DNA of 64,000 nt from an uncultured Verrucomicrobiae bacterium (lineage in GTDB: Bacteria > Verrucomicrobiota > Verrucomicrobiia > Chthoniobacterales > SZAS-18). The stretch is from the NCBI GenBank assembly GCA_963762725.1, contig CAVXLY010000005.1:1220989-1284988 (forward strand), written 5' to 3'. The position numbers were made by a program, and so were the translations under genes. The notes under the pieces were generated by a model that saw only the letters and a program-made list of their open reading frames with translations, ran no database searches and had not been told where the DNA came from. This document shows, piece after piece, positions 13,082 to 23,126 of the stretch (position 1 is its first letter; each line of letters begins with the position of its first letter).

Positions 13082-13300
13082 ATGACTGCCGCCGTCGAAG
13101 CCATCTACGAAGGCGGGCTGCTGCGTCCGTTGCAGCCGTTGCCGTTGGCCGAGCATACCCGCGTCCGGATCTCCGTGGAAACATTGACTCCCGAGGCCGA
13201 CCCGGAGCGCGCCGCCTGGCTGGCGCAGTCAGAACGCCGTTTACGCGAGGTCTGGGATAACGAAGCGGACGACGTTTTCAATGAGCTGCTCACGCCATGA
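13082..13300 (+). CDS. DUF104-type antitoxin
   Basis: 72 aa. N-terminus AIYEGGLLRPLQPLPLAEHTRVRISVE is the typical DUF104/AF2212-like antitoxin pattern. It overlaps the downstream toxin gene by 20 nt. Confidence 0.7.
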   Translation: MTAAVEAIYEGGLLRPLQPLPLAEHTRVRISVETLTPEADPERAAWLAQSERRLREVWDNEADDVFNELLTP

Positions 13301-13598
13301 CGTCGTGCTGTTGCCAATTCCGTTTACGGATTTGAGCAGCCGCAAGGTGCGTCCGGCGGTTGTCATCGGTTTCGGCAGCCATCCCGGCGATTTGTTTGTC
13401 GTCCCGCTTACCTCCCAGCTCGCAAATAGCGATTTCCCGCTCGCCGACTGGCGGGCGGCGGGGTTGAACGTGCCCAGCGGCATCAAAGCTCAACTCGCTA
13501 CCGTCGAGACGGCGCTGGTGCGAAAAGTCATCGGTCGGCTCACCGCCCGGGATTGCTCAAGTCTCCAAACGCATCTGCGTCGCTGGTTGGAGCTGTGA
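13281..13598 (+). CDS. mazF: PemK/MazF-family toxin (type II TA endoribonuclease)
   Basis: 105 aa. The pattern DVVLLPIPFTDLSSRKVRPAVVI...VVPLTSQ...PSGIKAQLATVE matches the MazF/PemK fold signature. An alternative GTG start lies at 13305. Confidence 0.8.
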   Translation: MSCSRHDVVLLPIPFTDLSSRKVRPAVVIGFGSHPGDLFVVPLTSQLANSDFPLADWRAAGLNVPSGIKAQLATVETALVRKVIGRLTARDCSSLQTHLRRWLEL

Positions 13599-13814
13599 AC
13601 GAAGTTTCCGGTTGCCGGGAGTGCAGCGCGCTGCGGCTGCGCTCGCCGTCGATAATGACCGCGCGGAACCCGCAGGAGCCGATCGGGTGTTTCTCCTGCA
13701 AAATGGAGAAAGCGACTGCCCGATCGAGTTCGTGCACCGGGATGTCCGTTCAGCAAATCGTCGCATTCTGGCTCAGTCCCAGCATGTCGCGCCGCGATCA
13801 AGGTCACGCCGCGC

Positions 13815-15161
13815 TCAGGCCAGCACGGCGCGGCTGATGGCCCAGGCGACCTCCGGGACGAAGACAAAGCCGTGCGCGTCGCCGCCCTGCGGATCCACGA
13901 TGAACGGCGTGCTTTCCAGATTGTGGAATTTGCCGGCCTGCCAGGTGTAGGCGCTCTTCACCGGGAGCAGCGTTTTCGTTGTCAGGAAGATTTCGCCGTC
14001 GTTCATCCCCTGCGCGCCGTTGCTGCCGATGCCGCCGAATTTGTCGTCGGGACCGCCGAATGCCTTGGCCGTGTCGCCGCTGAGCCGGGAAGCCGCGGGA
14101 TAGGCCAGGCCGACGGCTTTGTCGTTCTTGGTGTGCGTGATCAGGATCGGGCCGCGCACCCGTTTTTTCGTCACCACGTCGCGGAAAAAGCCGCCGCGGG
14201 TTTCGGAAAAGCCGTTGTGCGAAAACGCCGCCTGCAGCAGCGCCAGGCTGTGCAGCTTCGGCGTCGTGGAGTTCGCCGCCGCCGCGGTCACCAGCCGGCC
14301 GCCGAAGCTGTGGCCGACAAGATGCACGCGCTGCACGCCGCCGCCGGCCGCGAGCTCGTCGATCAACGGCGCGACGCCGACTTTGCCGACGGTCCCGGCG
14401 CGCTGCTTCATCTCGAAATAGGTCGAGAGATTCAGCAAATTCGTCACCGCGTTGGCAGCGCCGGAGAAAAAGCTCCCGAAGCCGAGCGCCTGACCCTTGT
14501 CCGGGCTGGCAGCCGGTTTCGTCGCCGGCGGCGCCGCGGTCGCCGCGCTGGCGGGTGCGGCGTGGGCCGCGCTGGCGAAGACGAGTTGCGGCTGGCCGCC
14601 GAAAAGCACGTCGGAGCTGTCTTCATCGTGCTGTTGCTCGGCGGTGCCGGGATTGGCCTCGAGCAGTTCGCGCAGCGTTTTGACAAACGTGCCCTGGTCT
14701 TTGTTGCTCTTCTCCAGCGTCGGCACCAGCGCGTGCAGCCGGGCGATCCGGGCGTCGTCGCCGGGATCGTTGAAAGCCGGCGCGGCGCGGTCAATCGCGG
14801 CGTGCATCGCGGCTTCCGCGGCGGCCGGATTGCCGGCGCCGCCGAGGGATTTGGCGCCGCCGGTGTCCTGCCCGGCGGTGGCGCTGAGCTGGGTCATCAA
14901 CTCATTGAACTTCTGCGCCGGCCAGATGATCCCGACGAGTGCGACCTGGCGGCTTTTGTAAGCCGGGTCGTCTTTGATCTGGCCCGCGAAATTGCCGAAC
15001 AATTTTTGGTAAAGCGCCTGGGCTTCGGCTTCGGTGTTGTTCCAGCCGTGTGAGACGACGATGAGATCGGTCGTGCCGGCGGGCACGGCGGGCGTGTTTT
15101 GGCGCTGGCCGTTTTTGTCGAATTTCGCCTGGGCGTAGGGGAGGCCTTGGATGTCGTTCAT
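13815..15161 (-). CDS. alpha/beta-hydrolase-like protein (DUF900-like) with long low-complexity insertion, no signal peptide
   Basis: LIVVSHGWNNTEAEAQ resembles the DUF900-type start. Nucleophile elbow HLVGHSFGG, then THTKNDKAV and a C-terminal GDAHGF (possible Asp/His). A ~190-aa Ala/Pro/Gly-rich insert separates the two halves. The gene starts 86 nt downstream of the S8 peptidase gene on the same strand. Confidence 0.6.
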   Translation of the reverse strand: MNDIQGLPYAQAKFDKNGQRQNTPAVPAGTTDLIVVSHGWNNTEAEAQALYQKLFGNFAGQIKDDPAYKSRQVALVGIIWPAQKFNELMTQLSATAGQDTGGAKSLGGAGNPAAAEAAMHAAIDRAAPAFNDPGDDARIARLHALVPTLEKSNKDQGTFVKTLRELLEANPGTAEQQHDEDSSDVLFGGQPQLVFASAAHAAPASAATAAPPATKPAASPDKGQALGFGSFFSGAANAVTNLLNLSTYFEMKQRAGTVGKVGVAPLIDELAAGGGVQRVHLVGHSFGGRLVTAAAANSTTPKLHSLALLQAAFSHNGFSETRGGFFRDVVTKKRVRGPILITHTKNDKAVGLAYPAASRLSGDTAKAFGGPDDKFGGIGSNGAQGMNDGEIFLTTKTLLPVKSAYTWQAGKFHNLESTPFIVDPQGGDAHGFVFVPEVAWAISRAVLA

Positions 15162-15246
15162 AGCGGGAGAGCGGAGCGGGTGCGGGGTTGGCGGACAGGA
15201 GGCTCCGCGCCGGAAAAAACGGCGGGAGCGGAAGCGGCGAAATGGA

Positions 15247-17356
15247 TCAAACCGACTGGATGGCGCGCATGAGGTCCACGAGCCCGGCGCCCTGAAAGTA
15301 GCGGTCGCGGCCGAGGTCGGTCGCGGTGTCGGTGAAGATCTTTTTCACCCGCTCCGGCTCCCCGATAAATTCCCGGCGGATGGAGAGAAACGCGGCGATG
15401 GCGCCGCTGACGTGCGGGGCGGCCATGCTGGTGCCGCTGGTTTCAAAGTAATTGCACTGCTGGTTGTCGGCTTCGTCTTTGACGAGCTTGCTCTCCGGCG
15501 CGGCGCACGAAATGATTTTTTCCCCGGGCGCCAGCAGGTCCGGCTTGCAGCGGCCGTCGCCGGTGGGGCCTTTGGACGAAAAATAGGAGACGCCATACAG
15601 GTGCGGCATGTCGCGATGCGTGGAGCCGACCGTGATGGCGCACTCGGCGTTGCCGGGATCGTTGATCGACAAGTCCAGGCAGGCGTCGGTCGTCTTGCCG
15701 TCCTTCATCGCGATCGTCCCGTAGCCGCTGTTGCCGGCGGCGACGACCACGACGACTCCGGAGCGCACGAGCCGATTCACCTCCACGCAGAGCGGGCTGT
15801 GGCCGCAGGCAAACCACTTCGGGTCAAACGGGTAACCCAGGCTGAGGTTCACGCCGTGAATGTGCAGCTCGCGCCCGTGGTGGTTCACCTCCTGCACGTG
15901 GGCGATGGCGGTGATGGCGTTGGAGGCGTTGCCCATGCCGAAGCGGTCGAGCACTTTCAAACTCACGAGCCGGCAGCGGGGCGCGATGCCGCTGATGGCC
16001 TCGACGGTCATCTTCTTTGTCGTCGCCTGCGGCCCGTCTTCTTCATCATCGGTCGCCTGGCCTTCCGACGCGCCGCCGCCGCCTTCGTCCAGCTCGCGCC
16101 AGACGCAGACCATGTCCCCGGCCTGGGCGCCTTTTTCCAAGGACTGCTCGCCCGCCAGGATGCCGGCGACGTGCGTGCCGTGGCCGTATTCGTCGCGCAG
16201 CGCGCTGCCCGTCGAGGCCAGCCCGGTGAAATCCTTGTGATACGTCGAGGCGAGATCGACGTTTCGGTGCAGGCGGAAGTGCGGGTGCGTGGCGTCAATG
16301 CCGGAGTCCATCACGGCCCAGGTGATGTCCTGCCCGGAGGCGGTGAAGGAACGGTGCGCCGCGTCGGCTTTCACCGTGGCGACGGAATGCGTGATGCAGC
16401 CCCGCAGCGGAAAGTCGGGCCAGATGTGGTGGATCGTCCGGAACCGCGCGACCAGCTTTTTCTCTTCGGCGGCGAGCTTCTCGGCGGCGCGGCGTTTCGC
16501 TTCCGCGGGGGTGACGCCGGGCTCGCGCGGCGGCTTCGGCGCGGCGCGTTTGCCGGCGGCGCGGAGCACGGCCTGCTCGCGCTCGGCGGCAGCGGCGACC
16601 TCCGCTTTCGCGAGCCGCCGCGCCTCGCGTTGATCGATCGCGACGAGTTCCTGCAGCGCCTTGCCTTCCAACCGGGCAAAAACGTATTGCGAGCTGAGCC
16701 GGGTCTTCTCTTCGTCGATGCCCTGATCCGGATCGTCAATCTCCAACGACTCCTTCGCCTGCGCGATGTAGCCCTGGATCCAGGATTTGGCGATCCGCCG
16801 CGGGTCCGGTCCTTCCAGCGCGTCGTCGTCTTCCTTTTTCGAGCCTGCCGGCGGTTTGAAATTCAGGTTGATGTCGATGATCACCTCAAAGCGGGTCGGC
16901 CAGATGTGATCGATCCCCGGCGGCGCCGGCGGGCCGTCGTCCGTGAGCGGGTCCGAGGCGGCATCCATCGCCAGCAGTAGGCTGATGACGCGGCCGCGCA
17001 GCCAGGCGAGGCTGGCATTCCCGCCGAGTTCCGACAGGAGCGGGTCGATGCGCGGATTCTTTGGCTTCTCGCCGCGCGGCCCCGGCAGCGCGCCCAGTTC
17101 AGCGACCGCCTTTTTCAGACGCCGGATCACCCGCTCGCGCGAAGCCGCGATCGCCGCGGGCGTGTCGCCGCGGAAAAAGACGGCGGCGTTGTAGAGCTTG
17201 CGAAGTTTCGGGTAGCGGCTCGGTGAACGCTTCCGTCCGCGCCAGCTCGTCCTGGATCGCTTCGCGCAGCGGCACCGCGATCACCGAGCGCCGCAGGCTC
17301 TTCGGGTCAAACGGCGCGGGCTGGCGATCGATCGGCGAGGGATCCGTGGAAGCCAT
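15247..17356 (-). pseudogene. S8 (subtilisin-family) serine peptidase with ~290-aa N-terminal extension, no signal peptide (frame disrupted as sequenced near 17217)
   Basis: Catalytic triad blocks AVMDSGIDATHPHF, GHGTHVAGILAG and SGTSMAAPHVSGAIAAF, with AAGNSGYG as oxyanion-region Asn. Track ORF 17099..17356 (MASTDPSPIDRQ...TEAFTE) joins the 15247..17130 frame (RYPKLRKLYNAAVFFRGDTPAAIAASRERVIRRLKK) if one C of gagCCgc is removed. Length is 2110 nt, which is 3n+1. Confidence 0.85.
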
Positions 17357-17608
17357 GGCGGGAACGCGGCCGCCGGTCCCCGACCACCGGACCGCGCCGC
17401 AGCGCCTTCACCGCCGGCCGCGGAAAGGCGGCTGCCGGGAAGGAAGCCCATGTTTGGCACAAACACGCGGCGTTTGTCGAGCCGAAAGCGGCCCGATTTC
17501 CCTGACTTCACAGAGATGGAAGTAGCTCCGCGGCGGCTGCATAGCCCAGCGGAGTGCTGTCGGCTTCGCCCAACCCAATGACAGGGGAATGCGGACTCCG
17601 CATTTCCG

Positions 17609-18538
17609 CTATTTCAACGGCCGCGCTACGAGGATCGCGGCGTTCGAGCGGTAGAAATTCGCGTAGGTCGAAAGCCGCGAATCGACGAGCGTTTTGCCGT
17701 AGTTCCGCGGGGCCGAAGCGTGCATGAAACGCAGCGTTCCCTGGTCGTCCCGCACCGCGAGGCCGACGTGGGAAGTCGAGAACGCGCCGGGGGCGTCCTT
17801 CGTGATGATGCCGATCACGTCGCCGTCGCGCAGCTGGCTTTCGATGCTGGCGATGCGGCTGTTCGGGATGCCGAGCAGCGTCATGCGGGTGACGCGCTCC
17901 TCCATGTCGCGCAGGGACGACAGGAGCGAGGGGTTGTTGCGCAGATACCGATACGAACGCCAGAGGATGGTCATCTCCTGGGCGTTGTGCGGGTAGGCGG
18001 TGCCGCCGAGCGAGCGGGTGAGGTCTTTCACGAGGCCGCGCCGCTCGTTGTCGGCGACCCAGTCTTCGAGGTAGTGCAGGCGGGAAAGATATTCGCCGGT
18101 GCACTTGCCGCCGCGATAGCGATCAAGCTCCACGTATTTGAGCAAATTCTGTGGCGTCCACTGGTCGCGCGGCTCGCCGAGCATGCGGGCAAAGCCGAGC
18201 GACGTTTCAAAAAACGTCCAGCAATCGAGCCCGATAAAATTGACGCTCGGCGCTTCGATGCGGTCGTCGATCTCGAGCGTGTAATTTTTGTAAGGCACGC
18301 CCGTCAACGCGCGGCCGACCGCGGCGGTGCGCTGGCCGATGGGCAGCGATTTCCAGTTCCCCGCCTCGGCCTGCTGGACCAGGGCATCGAAGCGGTCGCG
18401 TCCCTTGAAAACGGTGTCGAACGGCAGTTCGGCGGCGCGCGCGACGGAGAGAAAGTCCGGACCCGCCAGCCAGCCCCCGGCCAGGCAGAAAATCAAAATG
18501 ACGAAGCGAAGGGAACGGACAAGTGCAGGGCGCGGCAT
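17609..18538 (-). CDS. DUF1460-like (amidase-like) secreted protein
   Basis: Signal/anchor sequence LRFVILIFCLAGGWLAG. The GLDCWTFFETSLGFARML block is as I remember for DUF1460/N-acetylmuramoyl-L-alanine amidase-like proteins. Assignment is from memory only. Confidence 0.6.
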   Translation of the reverse strand: MPRPALVRSLRFVILIFCLAGGWLAGPDFLSVARAAELPFDTVFKGRDRFDALVQQAEAGNWKSLPIGQRTAAVGRALTGVPYKNYTLEIDDRIEAPSVNFIGLDCWTFFETSLGFARMLGEPRDQWTPQNLLKYVELDRYRGGKCTGEYLSRLHYLEDWVADNERRGLVKDLTRSLGGTAYPHNAQEMTILWRSYRYLRNNPSLLSSLRDMEERVTRMTLLGIPNSRIASIESQLRDGDVIGIITKDAPGAFSTSHVGLAVRDDQGTLRFMHASAPRNYGKTLVDSRLSTYANFYRSNAAILVARPLK

Positions 18539-18623
18539 GGGCAGGGTAAAGGAACGGCGGAGACAGCGGGCGGAACGCGAGCGCTAAAGTGGCCGCGCCC
18601 CGCCGGGTCGTCAACGCGCCGCC

Positions 18624-19391
18624 TCACCACTGCTTCGCCGGCTTCGTCCAGGTGCCGTCGATGACAACCTTGGTCAGGTCCGCGCGTGCATTTTCCTGGA
18701 TCAATTGCGCGACGCGCTTCGACTCGATCCGCACACAGCCGTGCGACGCGGCGTAGGGCGGCACGCTCGGAAAATAGTGCAGCGCGATGCCGCGCGCCCG
18801 GACAAACCAGGTGACAAACGTGGCGCGCGCGTCGCTGTTCAGCCGGCTCTGGAAACCGGAAACCGTGTGCGTCCCTTTCGGCGTGCAGAGCGTGCCGGAG
18901 CGGCGGCTCGTGGTGGCGTTGTCGCAATTCAGCCCCTTCAGCCCGGCGCCCGGCGACGTGCGAAACGGACCGGTTTCCTGGCTGCCGCCCTGGGGGCCGG
19001 TCCAGACGAGGGTCAGCGGATGATCGGGATCGTTCAGGCTGACGTTGATCTCTTTGATGTAGGTGCGCGGAAAGTCGGCGTTGCGCAGCGGAAACGCCGG
19101 TCCGGCCCGGCGCGCCGCGGCGGCAGCAGGGGCGGCGACGGGCTTCGAGGCGTCGAGCGCCTCCAGGGCCTTCGCCCGGGCGACTCCGGCCGGGTCCACG
19201 GCAGCGCCGGCGCGAGCCGGGGATTTCGGCTTCGTTTTGGCGGCGCGGGCGGGCAGCTTGCGCGTGCCGGCCGCTCCTGTGGCAGCGGCGGCGGATTTTT
19301 TCGCATCGCGCGGCTGGGCCGGGCGGCGCTTCGGCGCGGGTGCGGTGGTGCGGGTGGCGGACTTGCGTGGGGGGCTTGGTTTTCTCGCCAT
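18624..19391 (-). CDS. L,D-transpeptidase (YkuD) domain protein with Lys/Ala/Pro-rich N-terminus
   Basis: C-terminal catalytic motif YAASHGCVRIE. The N-terminal ~95 aa are basic low-complexity sequence (KPSPPRKSATRTTAPAPKRRPAQPRDAKK...). No hydrophobic signal segment is visible. Confidence 0.75.
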   Translation of the reverse strand: MARKPSPPRKSATRTTAPAPKRRPAQPRDAKKSAAAATGAAGTRKLPARAAKTKPKSPARAGAAVDPAGVARAKALEALDASKPVAAPAAAAARRAGPAFPLRNADFPRTYIKEINVSLNDPDHPLTLVWTGPQGGSQETGPFRTSPGAGLKGLNCDNATTSRRSGTLCTPKGTHTVSGFQSRLNSDARATFVTWFVRARGIALHYFPSVPPYAASHGCVRIESKRVAQLIQENARADLTKVVIDGTWTKPAKQW

Positions 19392-19469
19392 AACACCGCG
19401 AGCATGAGACGCTTAACGCGAAACCTCAATGCGAAAATGCGGTGCGCCGACTAGCGGGAACGCGCCGCG

Positions 19470-20129
19470 TCAAGCCGGCGACTGGGGCTGCGCCCCACGG
19501 GCCCAGGCAATCGCGTCTTCCAGCGCTTCCTCACCCCAGAAAAGCTCCGCGTCGTTCACCCAGCAGTTCGGTGCGCCGAAGAGGCCGAGCGCAATGGCGC
19601 GCTCCGTGTTCGCGCGCAATTTCCCGCGCTCCGGCGGCGCTTCGGCACGGGCAAGGATGGCTTCTCCCGGCTGACCCAGCGCGGCGAGGATTTGCACGAC
19701 CTCGGCGCGCTCACTGATCTCCCGGTCCTCGCCGAAATTCGCCACGAAAACGGCTCGCACAAAATCGCCTGCCCACGGCTCCCCGGCGACGTGGCAGGCC
19801 ACCCGCGCGGCCAGCGTGCTCGCACGCGGAAACCGCGTCGGACGGCGCCATGGGAGCGAGAATTTCGCGCACAGCCGCGCGAGGTCGCGCCACATGTAGT
19901 CGCCCCGGCGCGGGTTCAAGTTGAAGGGCGAATCATCCCAGCCCTGCAACGCGAAAAGCGGCCCGAGCAGAAACGGCTTCCAGACGAGCGCCACGCCAGC
20001 GTCGCGGCAGAGCGCTTCGATCCGCATCGCCGCGATGTAGGAATACGTGCTGGCGAAATCAAACCAGAACTCCAGCCGCGGCGCGCCGGCTCGCGGCAGC
20101 GCGCGCAGGCGCGGGTGGCGTGTCGGCAT
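19470..20129 (-). CDS. 2-hydroxychromene-2-carboxylate isomerase / DsbA-like family protein
   Basis: LEFWFDFASTYSYIAAMRIEALC...VWKPFLLGPLF matches the family N-terminal pattern. C-terminal FGAPNCWVNDELFWGEEALEDA. Confidence 0.75.
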   Translation of the reverse strand: MPTRHPRLRALPRAGAPRLEFWFDFASTYSYIAAMRIEALCRDAGVALVWKPFLLGPLFALQGWDDSPFNLNPRRGDYMWRDLARLCAKFSLPWRRPTRFPRASTLAARVACHVAGEPWAGDFVRAVFVANFGEDREISERAEVVQILAALGQPGEAILARAEAPPERGKLRANTERAIALGLFGAPNCWVNDAELFWGEEALEDAIAWARGAQPQSPA

Positions 20130-20241
20130 TCATGGCGAGCGCACTCTCCCGGAAGCTACCGCCACGCATCCCGCGGGCAATCGGGGCGGGGCGCGAGACG
20201 AACGCCGCGGTTTCGCGCCCCGGTCCCGGAAAAGGACCGCA

Positions 20242-20727
20242 TTATTTCGTCGTGGTTTCGAGCCCGCTTGGAGTCACGCGAAGGTGGACGGCGCCGGCGC
20301 CAATCACGCCGTCGTTCTCTGTGCGCGCGGTGACGATCAGCACATAGTTGCCGACCTTCGGCAGGTTATCAGGTTCGAGGAGGACGCGCACCGTGTCCAC
20401 ATTGCCTTCCTTGCCGAGTGGTGTGAAAAACTGGTCGCTGACGTTATCCAGCAGCTGACCATTGAGCCCCAGTCGGTAAACTTGGTAGCTCAACACTCGG
20501 TTGGGCGCCGGCACGCTCTTGAACTCATACACATAAAATGCGATCACGGACGACGCTGCGGAGGTCTTGCCGGCAGCGGGTAATTCCAGTTTGGCATCAA
20601 AAGAACTCGGGATGAAACCCTCCAGAACAATCGGGGCTTTCTCCGCGGCGGCGGCGGTCGTGATCCCGCCGACGGAAAAGATTGCGGCCAAGGGAAAAGC
20701 GATCAGCCAGCGCAAGGCGTTCTTCAT
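20242..20727 (-). CDS. secreted hypothetical protein
   Basis: Signal peptide MKNALRWLIAFPLAAIFSVGGITTAAAAE. Composition is non-repetitive and beta-rich. No family recognised. Confidence 0.55.
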   Translation of the reverse strand: MKNALRWLIAFPLAAIFSVGGITTAAAAEKAPIVLEGFIPSSFDAKLELPAAGKTSAASSVIAFYVYEFKSVPAPNRVLSYQVYRLGLNGQLLDNVSDQFFTPLGKEGNVDTVRVLLEPDNLPKVGNYVLIVTARTENDGVIGAGAVHLRVTPSGLETTTK

Positions 20728-20943
20728 GATGGCGCCAGCATTGCCGGGCGGACATTTCGCGTCAAGCCCAACCCGTCTCCGTCCAAGGACGAACTGGGGT
20801 CATGCCGGTCAGGCGGCGCTTTTTTGATCCGCCGTCGCCGCGTCCGCACGGTTCACGCCGCGGATTTTTCGGGCCGGGGTTGTGCCCGCCGCCGATTTTC
20901 CCGGCACTTGCGGCGTGGCTTCGAGCCGCGCTACGTCTCCCGC

Positions 20944-23126
20944 ATGTCCGCCCTTCCCGCCGTCGCCGCTGTCACCCCGGTATCCGGTGGCGCGCGCGGC
21001 TCGGCCGGGATTTTTGCCGCCCTGTTCCTGCTCATCGTGCTCGCGGTGGGCGGGCTGAACGCGCGCTACCTCTTCCGGGCGGAACTGCATGAGCATGGCG
21101 ACCTGGCGGCGAATTCCCTGGCGATCCGCGAGGCGAAACAGTTTCCAGCGGCTCCATGGCCAGTATTCGCGCTGGGGATTCTCGCATCCGGGACCGGGTT
21201 GGTTTTATGCGATGGCTGCCGGCGAGGCGATTTTCCACGACCAGCTGCGGGCGACGCCGACGCCGTGGAACGCGCAGCTCCTTGTGGTCTTGCTGGTGAA
21301 CAGCGCTTTCCTGGCGGCCGCGATCGGCATCGTGGCGCGGGAGGTCGCCGCCGCGGATCGGGAAACCAACGGCCGCCCGCGGCCGGGCTGGCTCGCCGCG
21401 ACCGCCGCCGGGGCCGGGCTCGTCGTCACCGTGCTGCACCTCGCCGCGCTCGGGCAGGCGGCGGGCTTGCTGCACAACTGGACGGCGTATCTCACCGTCA
21501 TCCCGTTTTGCTGTCTGCATCGTCGCGGCGGCTTCCGTGGGCGCCGGGCGCGGGCAGGACTTGCCGATTCTGGCGCTGGCCGGGGCGGCGCTGCTGCACA
21601 GCCACGTCGCGCAGCCGCTCTTCGTGCTGCCGCTCACCGTGCTGGCTTGGGCCGGGCTGTGGTGGCAGCAAACGGCGACGCCCGTGGCGCGCCTTTCCGC
21701 GCGCGCACCTCTTCGCGCTGGCCGTGGCGCTCGTGGCGGCCCTGCCCGTGGTGATCGACGCGTTCCGAGGCGGCGCCAGCAATCTCGCGCTCATCCTGGC
21801 CCACCACCGCACGCACGTCGGCGAGGGCCACGGCTGGCTCGATGCGCTCTTTTACAATCTGCGTTTCGCCGGCTACAAGCCGACGGCTACCACGGAAGAA
21901 ATCTTCGCCGGCGGCGCGACGGCGAACGGCGCTGCGGGGATACGTCCTTCGCAACGGGGCGATGTTTGCCGTCTGGGCGCTCGCCGTGGCTCTGCTGGCC
22001 GTGGGCGCGTGGCGGGACCGCTTTTTGCGCTGGCTGCTCGCGACCCTGGCGCTGGCCGCGGGCGCTGGCGGTGTTTTGGGCGACGATCCAGGATGGGCCG
22101 CTGTTTTATTTCAACAGCTGGTTTGTCTTCGGCCTGCTGCTCGCCCTCGGGCTCGGCGCGGCCGCAGCGGCGGTGCAGCTCGCGGCGGCGTGGTTTCCGC
22201 GCGCAGCCCGGACTCCCTGGCCGGCGCTCGCGCTGGTCGCGCTGGCGGCGGGTTTGTTTACGGCGCAAGCCGGCCGCTTCCGAGCGACCACCGGCGACGA
22301 CGAAGCCTCGCGCAATCTCAATCGCAGCGTCGGCCTGGCGCTGGCGGAGGATGGGGCGGCGGGCCAGGGCCGGCTGAAGTATCTGGCCTTCGCGTCGCCC
22401 AACGCCTGGGAAGACGCCGCCGGCGTGGCCCTGGAACTGGCGCGGCGTGGCGAGAGTTTCCGGGTCGGTGCCGGCTGGGGCATCGTCTTCGGAGCGGACA
22501 CCGCGCCGGCTAATCCACGAGAGGGTCTGGCGAAGACGGACGACCTACGGATCTGGCGCATCCTGCCGCCTGCGCTGGACCCGGAAGCGGCGACGCGCCG
22601 GCCGCTGTTTCATGGCAACGGCCTGCGTTTGGAGCCCTTCCCGGTGGATCCGGCGGTCGGGACGGCGATCACGTTTGGCGGCCCGCAGCCGAACGCCGCC
22701 GCTTATCTGCTCACCGGCTGGAGCGATCCGGCGCCCGGCGATGCTTTCACGATGTCGGAGCAGCCGCTGGGCTCCCTCGCGTTTCGCGCCGTGCCGGTGC
22801 CGGAGACCGGAGCGGAGGAAGTGGTGGAAATCGCGGTGGACGCGTTCCCGATCCTGACGCCCGGCCGCGTGGAATCCCAGCGGCTCGCGCTGCATCTGAA
22901 CGGGCAGCCGCTCGGCGAGTGGACCGTGCGGCGCGACGACGGCGAGCCAATCCGCGTGCGGATCCCGGCCGCGAGGTGGAACACCGCCGCCGCGGGAGCC
23001 GGGGCAGCGTTGCTGGAGTTCCGGTTTCCGGATGCGGCCTCCCCGGTCCGGCTGGGAGTCGGCGGCGACCCGCGCGAGCTGGCCTTCGGCTTCCGCGCGG
23101 TGCGCTTCGCCCTGGTAAACCGGTAG
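20944..23126 (+). pseudogene. polytopic membrane protein with soluble C-terminal domain (at least five net +1 frame changes as sequenced)
   Basis: ATG at 20944. The sensible reading passes through frames 1>2>0>1>2>0 (pieces of track ORFs 20824.., 21089.., 21537.., 21842..). One example is TTTT at 21506-21509, joining ...AYLTVIPF to AVCIVAAASVGAGRGQDLPILALAG. Length is 2183 nt, which is 3n+5. Topology is ArnT/GT39-like at best; no family is firmly recognised. Confidence 0.6.

Noticed and set aside
13540-13737. 65-aa minus-strand ORF (…VHELDRAVAFSILQEKHPIGSCGFRAVIIDGERS…)
   Set aside because: It is preceded by in-frame stops, overlaps the mazF 3' end in antisense, and has no recognisable family. 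At best it is a remnant, and it is mentioned under the TA finding.
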